Position numbers and translations under genes: made by a program. 64,000 bases of DNA, taken from the NCBI GenBank assembly GCA_904063045.1, contig CAJFCJ010000025.1, forward strand, positions 434,001 through 498,000. Direction: 5' to 3'. A model generated the notes under the pieces. The model saw only the letters and a program-made list of their open reading frames with translations, did no database searches and was not told the origin of the DNA. The DNA is from Dimorphilus gyrociliatus. Taxonomy: Eukaryota > Animalia > Annelida. Below, one piece after another: positions 13,350 to 26,900 of this stretch (the stretch's first letter is position 1; each line of letters begins with the position of its first letter).

Positions 13350-16300
13350 CAAAGGGATATACGCTGGGAGGGAATATATACGAAATATATAAACGCGTGT
13401 ATATTCGTGGGTTGGTAGATAGAGTAATAAAAGAAAATGTTTCTTCAATACACCTAGGCAGAAGAATGGTAAATTTAGTATAAAATATATAAATAATATG
13501 AATAACACTTTTGAGCTCTTTTCCTATTGCCTGTACACGGAAATATATGTACATTTTATATTATAAGTAACGCCGCTTTGGCCTGTAAAAAAGAGCTTAA
13601 TTTGCATATGAAAAGAGCGATACGTATTGAATGGAAGTGCGGCGTGTGTCGAACAGCCAATCAGCGTACACCGACGCCATTGTATGCGCACATTCAACGT
13701 CCGGCGTTCAATCGGTTTGAACGCGTATTTTACCTCTTCGGATTTTATCCGACCTGATATTTTATATTGATCATGGTCGATATTGGTGCGATGCGATTAA
13801 ACAGAAACATGGCTTTCGAAACAAATACTGACGGTTTCCAACTTCACCCAAGACAGGTTTGTTTTTATTCGTATAAAATGGGATAAGGAGATGTAAATGG
13901 AGTCGTCCATAGGCCTTTATGTCGCCCGCATTTATTTTATGAGTGACGCCATCATTCCTCTTTGTTAGTGTTAAAAAGCAGGGATGAAAACAGTGCGGGT
14001 TTGTCTCCACAGCCTCCCACTACGATTATAAACAAGAATTCTCCCTCTATTTAGAAAGTAGGGGAACTTTTTGCGAAGGGAACAAAGGCGGCGGCACGCG
14101 CACTGCTCGCTTTTGACTGAGTTTCAAATACGCTGGGCCTAAGTTTTTTAACATCGATTTTTCAATAATCTTTTGTGAAAACGACTTTTTTTTTTATTTA
14201 ATTTCTGGCCTAGCAGTTTTTCAAACAAATTTGAACACGGGTCACGTGATCGTCGCGTGCCTAGAGCGTGTCGCGGTTTTTTTTTGTTTGAAAAAGGAAG
14301 CATTTTGGTCTTGTAATGTTCGAGAATCTTTTTATCGGATTTCCCGCTAAAATATCGATTCCTGAGACTTCTAAACTCTTGAACGGGAAACTTAAAAGTA
14401 GAACGAATTCTTCCCCTTCGCTTCAATAATGGAAGGGAATCGAGGTGCCAGATGGCGAGGGTTACGCAACGATTGTTTACGGCTCGAGTATCGGGTGGTT
14501 GATGGAAAAAAATATAGGAAAATTGTTCGATGCTTTAGGGTGTTCTAGTCACAATTCTCTTTTGGCCCTTTCCTCTTTCGAAATTGACACGAATTAAAAA
14601 CGTTTGGATCGGAACCGGAAATACTTTGTCTGTCTAGACTTGGGTTATTACCTGTAAAAAGTGGGTTAGAGAGTGAGATGCAGCCCAATTTGGCCCCTTT
14701 TTCACCTTCTAACCAACAGATATTTTTGAAGAAGTTATGCCGTCTATATTTTGTCTTTTGTTTCACCTAATACCTCCTAGGGGGTATTCTTTGATTATAT
14801 TTCGAGAACGTTGGTAATATGAGATCATAATTACTCTTTGAGCGGAACAGGAAACATTTGTCTCCGAATCAGCATATTTCCTCTACATACCAATTTATTA
14901 AGCGTCACATTTTTTATAGAAACTTTTAAAAGTAGTCCGCATACATTGGGGCTATTATTTTTAAAACTTTAAATGCATTTTCTAAATACCTCTGACCGAT
15001 TTCTTTCCTCTTTTTTTTTACCCTTAATTTTCTCCCCCTTTTATCCATCTATTTCGTAATTCCATTTAAGAAAAAATGTATTAAATATTACAACAGGAAA
15101 CGCTCTATAAGTAAGGTAAATAAGCAAACATTCCACTTTAATGTTGTTTCAATACTATTATACATATTTCTTTTATAACGAGCGTCCCCCGTTACTTTCG
15201 TACTTTTGTTAAAGGACCGCCCGCTTGCATATTCTTAGAATTTATTATAAATAATTATAAAGCGAGAATTTTGTAACAAAGCGATTTGTTCAGTTGAAAG
15301 AATTATACAATTTGTTACCTGTGAATTTAATTATGAAACGAATTGATTAAACCATATCGGAGCGCGACCAATTGCTTATCAGTTAAAGCGTACTAGTACA
15401 GGACTCTGAGGTGGAATACAAGATTGTTTTCATATGTAGATAATCTTTTCGCCTCCTTTCTCAAAAAATCACTTAATTTTCTTATAAGCCGGAAACGGAA
15501 GCATTCGGTGTAAACTATTCCTTTACACCAAGAATAAAATGGCTTAAATAGTCATATTCCCTCGTTATTTTTCTTTTTTTGATAGCTAATTAAAAACACG
15601 CAAGAACTATATTTAAGCCCCGCCTATTTAGACGCCTGTTTATCAATACCGACACAGCGGACGCCTATTAGCCGGTTATATTTTTTCATAATGTAAAGAC
15701 GGTTAGAAAAAAAGCGTTGGTGCAGTAGGATGGATCAGATTTCGTCCGACAGCGCCACTGGGCGGCTAAATAACGAAAATCCCCCATCTTTTTTATACCA
15801 TTCGGTGCGTGTAGCGTGTACTGAGAGGAAGCAGCGTCTACGAGAAACTTCTCTTAACAGCTGTTTTTTATTAGACTTCTGTTGATATCTGATTTTTGTT
15901 GTCCAGCTGTTTCTGTTATGCGGATATAACTAGTCATGTTCTACTATCCGGCTAGGCAACGTTATTGTTCCACTCAGGTTTGTTATGCTTTCTTCCTCGA
16001 AATACATTCTACCATTCCAGGTGGCGCTGGTTGTTTACGTTAAATGCAATATTTTTTAGCTTAAAAATATTAGATGCACTTTTGAAAATCTTGTTTGAGG
16101 TCTTGGTCAGGTGCACTTTTTTTAAACGGCCACCTGTCATTGTTTACTGTAACGTCTCATCAGCTTGTAGGTTTACTTAGGCGATAAGTTGGATCAATAT
16201 TTGAGAATTTGAAAACTGAATAAAAGAAAAAAAGAGGATCTCGTATAGAGTTCAAACTTGTTAATGGACCTATCTAAATAAGAAAACAAGACCTAGTTTA

Positions 16301-19300
16301 TACGATTCAAAAAACGAGAAAGGTTACTCGTAAAAAACAATTGCATTACATCAATCTTATTTTTGAACAAAGTTTCTTTGTTAGAGAAATAGAAAGAAAA
16401 TAGGAGAGAGAGAGAGAATGAATGAATGAAGGGGTAAACTAGAAAGCGGGCGAACTAAAAAATCATCCAAGTACTGAGTCGAGTTATCAGTTAAAAATTT
16501 ATGACTATTAAAGGGCATGAAATAATTGTTGACTAGTATTGTTATTGTTCTCTTAATTATTTGAATTATTTATGAAAATAGTACAGGAAGATAGGGTTGT
16601 AATATCTATTATCAATTCTATATTCTAGCTTATTTTCTTTCTCATTCCCCTCTGTCTTGTCTAGATTTCTTTCTTCACCCTCTTCTCTTGTTTTATAACT
16701 AATACCTTTCGATTTGAACGGCCTACTGGCGAATCTTTTTTTGTTTTAAAAAAACAAGGAGAAGCTCTTCGGCAAAAAAACCCCGGCAATTAGGCGGAGT
16801 AAAAGAAAATACGGTTAAAATCGCGCGTAAAGTTCATCGGGTATCTAGAGGCTACGTATGACCTATTGCCAACAAACTCCTGCGCTCTTTCTCTCGCTCT
16901 CTTCAAGTTAAACTTTTCTCCTATCTACCTTTTTATGATCTTAATATACTAGTTAAAGTGGAGCAGATGGCCCATCTTATCAGCGGGAGACTTTGTCTAG
17001 GTTGATAAGAATTTGACGCGACGTCCGGACACGCGGAACGTCTAGTCGGGTAACCGAAAACGATTAATTAAACGGAAGGAAGTCGCTTTGTAATCGTATA
17101 GCTAGGGTTGTTTGTCTTCGCAACTGGAGAAGGGCGGCCCGAAACTTAGGTGTCAATAGATCGTGGAAAAGTACAGTTGGAAAGTTTTTAAAAGTATAAA
17201 ATCTAAAGGTTGACTAGAGTTTGTACTAATAGGCTCTTTCATCATACTATGTAATTAAATATAAAAAAAAGTGAGCCGTGAAGAGTCCTAAGATAAGGAT
17301 AAGAAATGTAGCAACGTTAAGGGCAATAATGCCGTCATCGGTTCGCCCTTTTCTAAATCAGGAATGCACCTCTTTGTCGGTAGTCATGATGGTTGTAGGG
17401 TTATAGCGATAAAATTCTCCGGTGTCAATAGATCGTGGAAAAAGGCGTAGTAGGGAAACGTAATTCGTTAAAAATGTTGTAGTAATGGCACGATAAGCGA
17501 TAAGATGGAAACATTTATACGCGAACCGCTACATCAAAGAAGATCTTAATGACCGAGATCTGTAACGTAGCTAGAGATTTGATGCGTTCCAGATCGGCAG
17601 TCGGTGATTGATCGAGGTTGGGATTGAATGTTTTCCTCATTCTTATAAGTCTTACGTATTCTTATTTAATTCACCTTTACTACATTATTTCCTTTGATGA
17701 GAAAATATGTCGGGATGGTTTGGAACTTATGCCGCATATAAAGAATTAAACTCTTCGCTGCCCCCTTCAACTTTTTAATTCTTTCCTCTCCGACCATTTC
17801 AGTTGTATTCAAAGCACATTGAAAATTGTTTCTTTCTTTCATTCGCGAACGACCCTTAGGGAGGATTAGAGGGGATTAAAATGTTTTAAATAAGATCTCT
17901 CTGTATGAAATATGATAATTAAATAAATACAGTTGAACAATTTTTTTTAAAGATATAATGCTTCTCCTATTCATCTTTTCCTTCTATTTTTTAAGCAGGT
18001 CTATCCAAATACGGACGACTTCAATCGTGACTCTTCTCAATACGTCCCAGGAAAAAGTTTGTACGCCGAACCATACTATGCAGGCGCCGAAGCTTGGATG
18101 GGGAATAACAATATTCCTAGTACTTCTTACTCTTCGATGCTACCTACTCCTCCTGTTCAATATAGTGCACAATCGGGATACAGTACAGACGGATTGGTAA
18201 GTCATCTCTAGAGGTTTTATGCGGCAGATGTTGATAAAAGCGTTTTTATCAAGTCTAAACTACCGATTTACGTGACTCGGTTCAATTTTTGTAGATTTTT
18301 ATAACGACGCCTGAAGTTTTTTTTATCGCAAAGAGCGTTTAAAATTGATCAAACGTAGATTAAACGAAATATATTCATATATACAACGTGTATGTATAGA
18401 TGTTTATACATATCTTTATGTACACGTGTATGTCATTTATAATATACATGTATGTGTAATAGATTTCACTTTTATCCATACATCAAAAACTTAACGTAGC
18501 TTAAAGCAATAAATTTTAGAGAATAAATCTATTACAAATGCTTTAACGGGGTTACTTAACTACGTTTATAAAAAAGAAAAGCGAAATGTACGTGACTCAT
18601 ACACTGTCTAAAAGATTTCAACAGCATGTAAAACCCGATAGCCGAATGATTGGAGTGGTGAAACGGCGTTTTTTATTACTTAAACTGATACGAACCGTTG
18701 AAATATTCTATTATTTATTTATTTATTTTTTAACAGAGTTATGCTGCTAGCGGTTTACCACCAATGAATTCATTCGCCAATACCCAAGTTCCTTATGGAA
18801 ATTCATCACCGAACGGGGTTGTCCCAAGTTCACAATCAGGGGATACTCTTGGTATTGGAAAAGCTTTAGGAACTGTAAGTTGTTAAATTATCTTTTAATT
18901 TGTATAGAATAACGACAAGGGATACTCGTTGCGTATATCATAGCGGAAAATTTTATAAAATAAAGATAAAAGACCGTTTAGTATTGCTAATAGAACACCA
19001 TTTTCTATTTTTCCTAGTACGGCCCTTTGTAAAGTATGCCGTGAAAAGGAATTTCTGCAATGTTTTTCTAATATTTAATTTCGTTCTGCTATTGAAATCT
19101 ATCTATGAAAGACTAAAAAGAGGAAAGGGAGTGCGAGCTAGTTTCTTGCTCTTCCTCGTTTTCTTTCTCTATCATTTTAAGAAATTGATTAAAATAATAC
19201 CTTTTCTTATCCTTAGATATATAATCCTGCTGGGGACCAGCCGTCAAATCCCGTATCGTCTCCACCTCCGCTTACCGGTTCGATGTCTTCCTTACATACA

Positions 19301-19930
19301 CTGGTAAGTTAAGTTATCTAGTAGTAAAATAGTTAAACCTAATACAAAACGCACGAAAACGAAACTAATCGTCCAACAGAGTTTATTTATTTTGAAAGTC
19401 GACTCTCTTACCTTTTTTCTTTTTTCTTGGTTTTATAAAAAAAATTGGCCGAAACTAGATATTGTACTAACTGTAATAATTTTTAATATATCCAGACATC
19501 TTTTTTTATTATTCTTTTTATTTATTACCATTTTTATTATTTTAATCGTATTATGCATGAACTTTCTGATTGATTAACGTACTGACCCCTTGTAAAACAA
19601 ACAAAATAGCAAAATCCAATTGAAGATCGATTAGACGACGCTTTCGAGACGCTACGCGATCATTCGCAGGTAATATCCTCTATCTCTCTATCTATCTCTT
19701 TTCTCCCTTCTTCTTTCGCTCTTTCTCTCTTTCTCCCTCTCTCTCTCCTTATCTCATGAGGCGGAAGGATTTTTTATTTCTAATTTAGTAACTGCTTTAG
19801 ACATTTTACAATGGTTTATAGTTTTTGTTGCATAGAAACAATTGAAAGAAAATTAATTTTATCGGCTTTGTTTGTATTGTTTATTAGTTGCATGCCAGAT
19901 CTTAGTAATTCTTATTAATCTCTTGATTAA

Positions 19931-19966
<36 letters not shown>

Positions 19967-22900
19967 TTATATTATATGCAAAGAAAACCATTATAATTAA
20001 AATATATTCTTAATTTATTGAAATTCGTAAGAATGCCATTGAATAAACACATGTATTTCTATTCTACAGCAAAGTAGATTCGAAGAACGCCTAGACGACG
20101 CCATTCACGTTTTAAGAAGTCATGCTTCTGATCCGAATAGCATGCAGGCTGGTGCTATGACTACAATGCCCGCTTTGCTACATCATGGAGCTGGTCCACC
20201 GGGCTACCCTCCAGGAGCACTTCCATCACATATGGACATGGTAAGAAATCATTATCCAGTTTCCTAATTAATGAATTAGACACGTTCGTGAAAAGTAACT
20301 AATCAATGTCTTAAGTTGAGAAAAGTGACACGAATTTATTTTTCTTCTCTCCAAACTGGTCCCCTCATTAATTAACGTCCGCCAAAAAGCGTAAAACTCA
20401 CGAACAACGCAGAATGGCGCCGATTCGCCTTGTTTTTCCAAACGAAATTCGAACTGGCGATGAGTTTGCGAAGCGCGAAAAAGCGTTTTCGCAGACTATT
20501 TGTTTTTGTCGGGTGAGATTAATGCCCGGGCGTTTGTTTTTTGTTTATTTATATCGCCATTCGTCAGAGATATAATACGCCGAACCTTTTCTATAAGCCT
20601 TAGGTTTATTTTTTATTTCTCCTCTTCAACTTCAATCTTTTTTTTTATTCCTTTTTCCTATTTTATTTAACTTTTTACTCTTTTCTTATTCGACTTAGAT
20701 TTATTACTCTTTTAATTTATAATTCATAATAAATGAATAGTTTATTGAACAAAGGTCTTGAACTATTGACATTGTAACAATTCAAGCGCTATCTTTCAAT
20801 CAGCCTTCTTTAGGCTTAATGCTATTAGCAACCCTTGTATTTCTATTGTTGGACATCTGTTTCTATACTTTAAAGAGCATGCCGACTTATAAAGAAAACT
20901 TTGTTTCAGGCTGGAGGACACCTTTTACAAAACGATCATGATCGAAACTATCCAGGAATGCGGCCATCCTCTGTAATGACGGAAGTATCCAGCGTGGATT
21001 CGGAAACTTCCAGGAAAGATATGTCGGACATTAAGCATGAGGAAAACGGTTCTAGATCCAACAGAGCTGTTGTTAAAGAAGCCGTTGCTAAGGCGACAGC
21101 AGCTTCCGCTTCTGCTGGGCCAACCTGTGCTAAAAGAGCTAGGAGGAGTGAAACTGAACGATCTTGCGAACTCGGTTAGTATTTAAAAAAACAACATTTT
21201 TAAAATTTTTTAGTTGAGTACTGCGTTACTTTGAATATACCCCTACGGCGTCGACCATTTACCTCTTTTTTATGTGCTTGGCTACTTTATCAAGAAGCGT
21301 TTTTTTCCCTCTTTTCCTTTTTTTGCTCTCCTTTTGAAGGGAATCAGAGGAAAAAATAGAGAAACAGATTTGAGTTCTATTCAAAAGTAGTTGAGGCGTT
21401 CCCTTTTTATCCTTCAAACGACCGTTGCCGCAATATTTCCCACCCCTTTAAGCTATTAAGAGACGCCGCGCCATATTCTCGATTTTCGATACAAAAAAAG
21501 ATACAAATCTCTTTCACTCTTTGTATTACCTTATCGTTAATCATCTCATTTTCTAATTTACCTCTTAGTTAGTTACTTATATGTATTTTAATGTATGAAA
21601 AAAACATGTTCATCATTATTACACTACATTCTATTAATACTTCTTATCTCAACACAGATAACTCTTTTACAGATAATTCGGATGATCCACCCGAAGTAAA
21701 AGCTGAAAGAGAAAGAGTACGACGACAGGCAAACAATCAACGAGAACGTTTGAGAGTTAGGGATATAAACGAAGCGTTTAAAGAATTAGGTCATATGGTG
21801 ACTCTACATACTTCTACCGGTCAACCGTTAACCAAGTTGATGGTTCTCCAACAAGCGGTTAACGTGATAACGACACTTGAACAGCAAGTGAGGGGTAAGG
21901 TTTAACTTTCTAGTTATTCGATATGCTTTGTAGCTTTCTATTAAAGCGCCTGTCAATAGGTATTAACGGCTTAAAGGTCACAGATTATCGCCAGATACAA
22001 AATAGCGTTAAAGATTTACTTTCTTCTTCACTTTTCTTATCTTAAAATGGGCGAGAATAAGTGTGGAAAAGATGCGTGGTGGGAGGGGATGTTAGCGTGT
22101 AGGGAGGCTAGAGAAAAAAGGGAAACGCGCGTGGGACAGAGGTAGGGGGTAAACGGGTAAACGGGTAAGAAAGTGACCAGACATCTTTTTAAGTTGGAAG
22201 CGGAAAGATTTTCTTTTTTCTCTTTAATGATAACAAAACGATCATCTAAATTCCCAAGGCTATACATTTAAAAGAAATAAAAAAAAAATCCCCCGCTTGT
22301 AAAAGATGAACTAATTAAAAAGATAAAGAATATATAAACTAGAAGCTTGATGTAAGAATATTTGAAAAGTTGTTCTATTAAGAATTATATCTTGACCTTT
22401 CCATTTGCATTTCTGTATTCGTCAAGAGAACTTGAAAAAGGTCGTAAAAGCATAAATTTCTCAATTAAAATGTAAAATATTTCGTTGAATTGTTATATCA
22501 TGATATTTCTTACTAGGATAGATTATTTTTCTAATGTAATGATGAGTCAAATAACTTAACAGGCTCGCCTGTAAACAATTTTATATTAGAAATATGATAG
22601 CTGAATAGTCGAAGGTGTTTCTAGCTGACCTTTTTATCGTTCCTATTCATCGGCTTTCTTTCGGCAACTTTCAAATGTTATTATCGTTAAACTCTTCCTC
22701 TCTTTCTTTTTCTTTCCTCTCCTCATTTTAATATTTTACTTATATTTTCATTTGCTCCTCCCTTTACAGAAAGAAATTTAAACCCGAAAGCAGCCTGCCT
22801 AAAACGAAGAGAAGAAGAAAAAACTGACGAATTGCCTGGAGGGCCTACATTACGGCCCGATGAGCTAATCCAACCGCATTTATCCAGTGAGTTTTAAACA

Positions 22901-24599
22901 TATCCAAATAATTTTCTTTTGGGGTGCCGGGCATGGTTTTTCTATTAGAAATTTCCACTTCCGGTACAGTTTAAAATCATTTTAAAGACTCTATTTATAT
23001 ATATGTGTATATGTTATAAAAAAAAAACAATTCTTGCATGTATGCCAAATTTTTCTATGTCACAAATTTATTGGGGTACAAGGTTTTCTTTCTTATTTTA
23101 CGCTTTCTTTTCGTGTGTTGCGGTGGCAGTTGTCGTTGTTTACTGTTGGATAAGGAGATTTATTCAAATTTTTTCCAAAGGGTATTAAATAGATCTTTCA
23201 TCAGAAAGAAAGATGTCTGGTTTGGGAAAGCTTTACCCGCTTTTTTTTCTTTTGAGGTGGATGAGAAAAAAACAAAGCGATTTCTATATAGTTTTATCAT
23301 TTTATATATAAATATATTGTTGTTTTTAAAAAAAAAAAACCTAATTTTTAATGCAACAATGGAAAAAAAATTAATTATCATATTCAATAATCTTTTCTAT
23401 ATTGAATTTAAATACGCAATTAATCATTTTATTATGAAAACTATATTAAATCGATAAAACATTGCATAGAAACCTATTAAATAAATCTAAAAAGTATAGC
23501 TTTTATACTTTTTTTATGTATGAATATAAAATATATGTATATATCTATACATATATATTTTATTTATACATGTATACATTTAGTTCATGTAGTTGAACGT
23601 AAAGAGAAGTGACAACTGCCTCGCGCGTAAAAGAAACTTAAAAAGGGATATTTTGTATATATATATATAAAAATTGAATAAAGAATGATAAAAATACATA
23701 CATTTGTGACATAAGAAAGAAAAGGGCATGCGTTAATTATCAATAAACGATTATTAAGAACGTATCTACCCTTTTTTCTTAACAGATACATCACAGCAAC
23801 AAACGCAACGATTGTAAAAATCAAAACAAAAAACACACAAAAAATAGATATATATGTATATATATATATATATATATATAAACTGTATATGTATATATAT
23901 ATATATATATATTTATTTAGACATACCTAATATATCTGTTACATATATGTATAATATACATGTGTAGACGTATATATATATATATATTGAAAAGTATATA
24001 TATGTGTGTATATGCATTTACATCGTCTATATTTATATAGATAGATATTCATATCTGTATATATGTGTATTTGCATATATATTTCATATACATATATGTA
24101 TATACTTAACTATATATACATATGTATGTATTATATGTATAAATATGTAATAACTCTAGAGAGACAATTTGCTCAGCTATTGCCAAAACAAGAGAGTTCG
24201 TTCGTCACTTCTCTTACGTGCTTCTGTTTTGAGTTCTGTAAAAAAAAAACACATATAAACATAAAGAAAAACGAACAATTTTTGACTATTGCGTTAGCCG
24301 GACGACGCGGGCGCCGTCCAGGAACGACAACGGCTGGAAGGGTTTCTCCACGACCGCAATATACGTTCGAATTGGTCGCCGAACAACAGCAACAACAGCA
24401 AATGCAATACGGAGCTATGTACGAAACTCCTTTTGTCCAGGAGATGTTCGTTCCTGTTAGTTCTAGTATGCCTCATCCAATTCTGATACAGGAAGAGCAG
24501 AATATAGAGGATGTTGTTCCGGAAGATGACCCCGCTGTTGAAGTTCGACCGGCATTATCGGCTACGCCAACGCTTCGTGAAGAAGAAGACGGCGACTGA
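11108..24599 (+). CDS. da: Class I bHLH E-protein (daughterless / TCF3-TCF4-TCF12 orthologue); N-terminus not resolved
   Basis: Phase-consistent GT-AG exons: 11108-11242 (basic RQRRK, NLS-like), 17999-18196 ([11 protein letters not shown]), 18737-18874 ([15 protein letters not shown]), 19217-19303 (IYNP..SSPPPL), 19610-19669, 20070-20240 ([14 protein letters not shown]2), 20910-21174, 21658 or 21673-21894 (b[32 protein letters not shown]), 22770-22886 ([18 protein letters not shown]), 24298-24599 (stop TGA). These motifs are diagnostic of E-proteins. Confidence 0.95.
12161..12192 (+). repeat. (TC)16 microsatellite followed by a T-run
   Basis: Direct reading. Confidence 0.95.
13600..13724. 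promoter_or_regulatory. Promoter-like island inside an E-protein intron
   Basis: Octamer ATTTGCAT 13600, CCAAT box AGCCAATCAG 13655, 8-bp inverted repeat GCGTTCAA/TTGAACGC 13704-13724; CpG-rich. Confidence 0.4.
15730..15804 (+). CDS. Second candidate alternative first coding exon of the E-protein ([25 protein letters not shown])
   Basis: ATG at 15730 after TGCAGT, 25 open codons, donor TCG|gtgcgt. Phase 0 matches the 17999 VYPN exon. Confidence 0.33.
17149..17442 (+). repeat. Exact 22-bp direct repeat GGTGTCAATAGATCGTGGAAAA, two copies
   Basis: Copies at 17149-17170 and 17421-17442. Confidence 0.9.
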
Positions 24600-24703
24600 T
24601 TGTTTTAGATCTCGTTCCGTTTCTTCTTGTTTTTCTCTATATTTTTATATATATATATGTATGTGTGTGTATATATATATATATATGTAAATGTATATCT
24701 CCC

Positions 24704-24734
<31 letters not shown>

Positions 24735-25283
24735 CTCTCTTAATTTTTCTTCACCGGAAAAAAAGTTTTTTGTTTTATTTGTTTTTTTTTGCAAAATCTT
24801 TTCTTTCCTATTATGTATAAGGAACGCCAAAGACGGTTTTTTTTTATTTAATTATTTATTCGTTAAATTATTATATATATATATATATTTATATATTTAT
24901 ATATATATATATATATATTATATGTTTAAAGAAAAAAACCTGAAAAAAAATATTAATTCTTCATAAAGAGAAAAAAAGCGTTAAAGACTTTTGAAAAATT
25001 GAGCGTTCATGCATAATAATTAGGACTTAGAGTTGAATTCTGGCCAATTAGTTTTTTAACTGTTTATTTATGTATACTCGAACTGATAAAAAAAAAATTC
25101 ATTTGTAAATAATCACGAATGTTCCGTTTATACTTTTTGATATGTTTTTTTTTGCCGATCTGAATGACGTGTTCCGTACAGAAAGAAAATATATACATTT
25201 GATTCTTTCGTAATTGAATATTCAAGTGTATACAATTTTGTATATAAGTATATTCATCTATAAATATATACATAAATGTAAGA

Positions 25284-25319
<36 letters not shown>

Positions 25320-26900
25320 CTGTATAGAAATTACTGCTTTGTTGCATATTATTATGATATAAAAATGTTAATTTGTCACTGCCTGGTTTCAAAAATAGAA
25401 TATCATTTTTGTTTTTCGTGCCAAAATCTGTTATATCACGTTGGATTGGCTATGAGTGTTTTTCATTTTTTTTCTATATGGTAATTAGGGTTTTAAAAAA
25501 AAATACAGATAAATATACCCTTAAAAGTTTGCTTTTCTTTTCTACCTTTACATTTATGTCCACCTTATAACTTTTAATTTTCTGCCTCTTGTGAATATTT
25601 TTATTCTTTTTTGTAAAATAATTCTCTTTCCTTATCCCACCTTCTCTCTTCGCTCTCATTCTCTCTTTCTCTCTTTTGAGTAACGTTAACAAAAAGGGAA
25701 ATACTTGAAAAATTATAAAATAAGTTAGTAGACAAATAAAAAAGAAAAAGTGTATAAATTTTCACTTTTTTAGACTAACTGCCTTGCTCAATAATAAGAA
25801 CAGATGAAGTGTTGATTTTTCGAATTTTCAATGGAATCTTATTACTTTCATAGTGAAGAGTGAATGTCTTACAACTCGAAGAGGTTTTTTCTTTTAACTT
25901 TTAAAATATTATTTCAAAGAGAGTGGTTCCTTTTTTTAATAAGCTCGTTGAAACACTTCACGTGTCCTCATGGAATAAAGCTGCTTTCTTCTTAAGTTTT
26001 TAAGGCAATAAATGTGATTATGTGTGTGTTTATATATGTAAGCTTTCGAGAGCAACAAGTGCTGACATCTTTCATCTAAAAAATATCTCTTTTATCTATA
26101 TAAAAGTAAAGAATTCAACGCGAAACGTTTCTGATTTATTGCCCCATTTCACCTTTCTAGAACGTATATAAATCTAAAAGTAAAGATAGAGAGGTGATGG
26201 AGAGGAAGAGAGAGAGAGAGATAGAGGAAAGAAAAGGGTCAAATTAGGAAAAGGGGATGCTTACAAGGAGTGAATTAAATATTGAAACCATTTTCAATTT
26301 TAATCGATGTCTGCCTAAAAATTTGAACATAAAATTCACTCAGTTATATTGATACTCTTAACAGGTGCTACCGGCTTAACTCTTTCCTTTATACAAATAT
26401 GAATAACTCATAGTTGATCGCCTATATTGATTGTTTCTTTACAAAATATTCTCTTATTTCTAGACATAAAAAATAAATAAAAAAAAGAAAATAAATTACT
26501 TTCAAATATCATTTTTCTACCTTTTCATTTAACATTTTTTTTTATAGAAAAATCCATATTAAATGCTTTTACAATATTTCTTATTTTCTTTTAAATAGCA
26601 AAGAAAGAGAGTAAAGAAATATCCTCTGCTAATAGAAAACTAGATCTTGAACAAGTCGCTCATTTTCTATTATAAAATAAGAGTAGTGCTTTTCCCTTTT
26701 TGAAAAGGCAGTTAAAAAGACCGGTTCAGCTTCTTGTAAGCTTTTTATAGATGCACTGAAATGGAACTTTGTATAAATAAATTTGTTTCTATTCATATCA
26801 AACTGTATACAATAGAAAGGAGTAATAGGCCTATTAAATTTAGACTGTCCTCTCCCTTCCTACTTATTTACGGACAGAGCATTTCTAATGAAATCATAAG

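Noticed and set aside
11809-13554. ORF-track hits rich in SLSL, RERE, IYIY or FFF (also at 22-25, 38-47 and 52-58 kb)
   Set aside because: These are translations of (CT)n, (GA)n, (TA)n and poly-T tracts.
17149-17442. 22-bp direct repeat read as a CRISPR array
   Set aside because: Only two copies, a 250-bp spacer, eukaryotic context and no cas genes.
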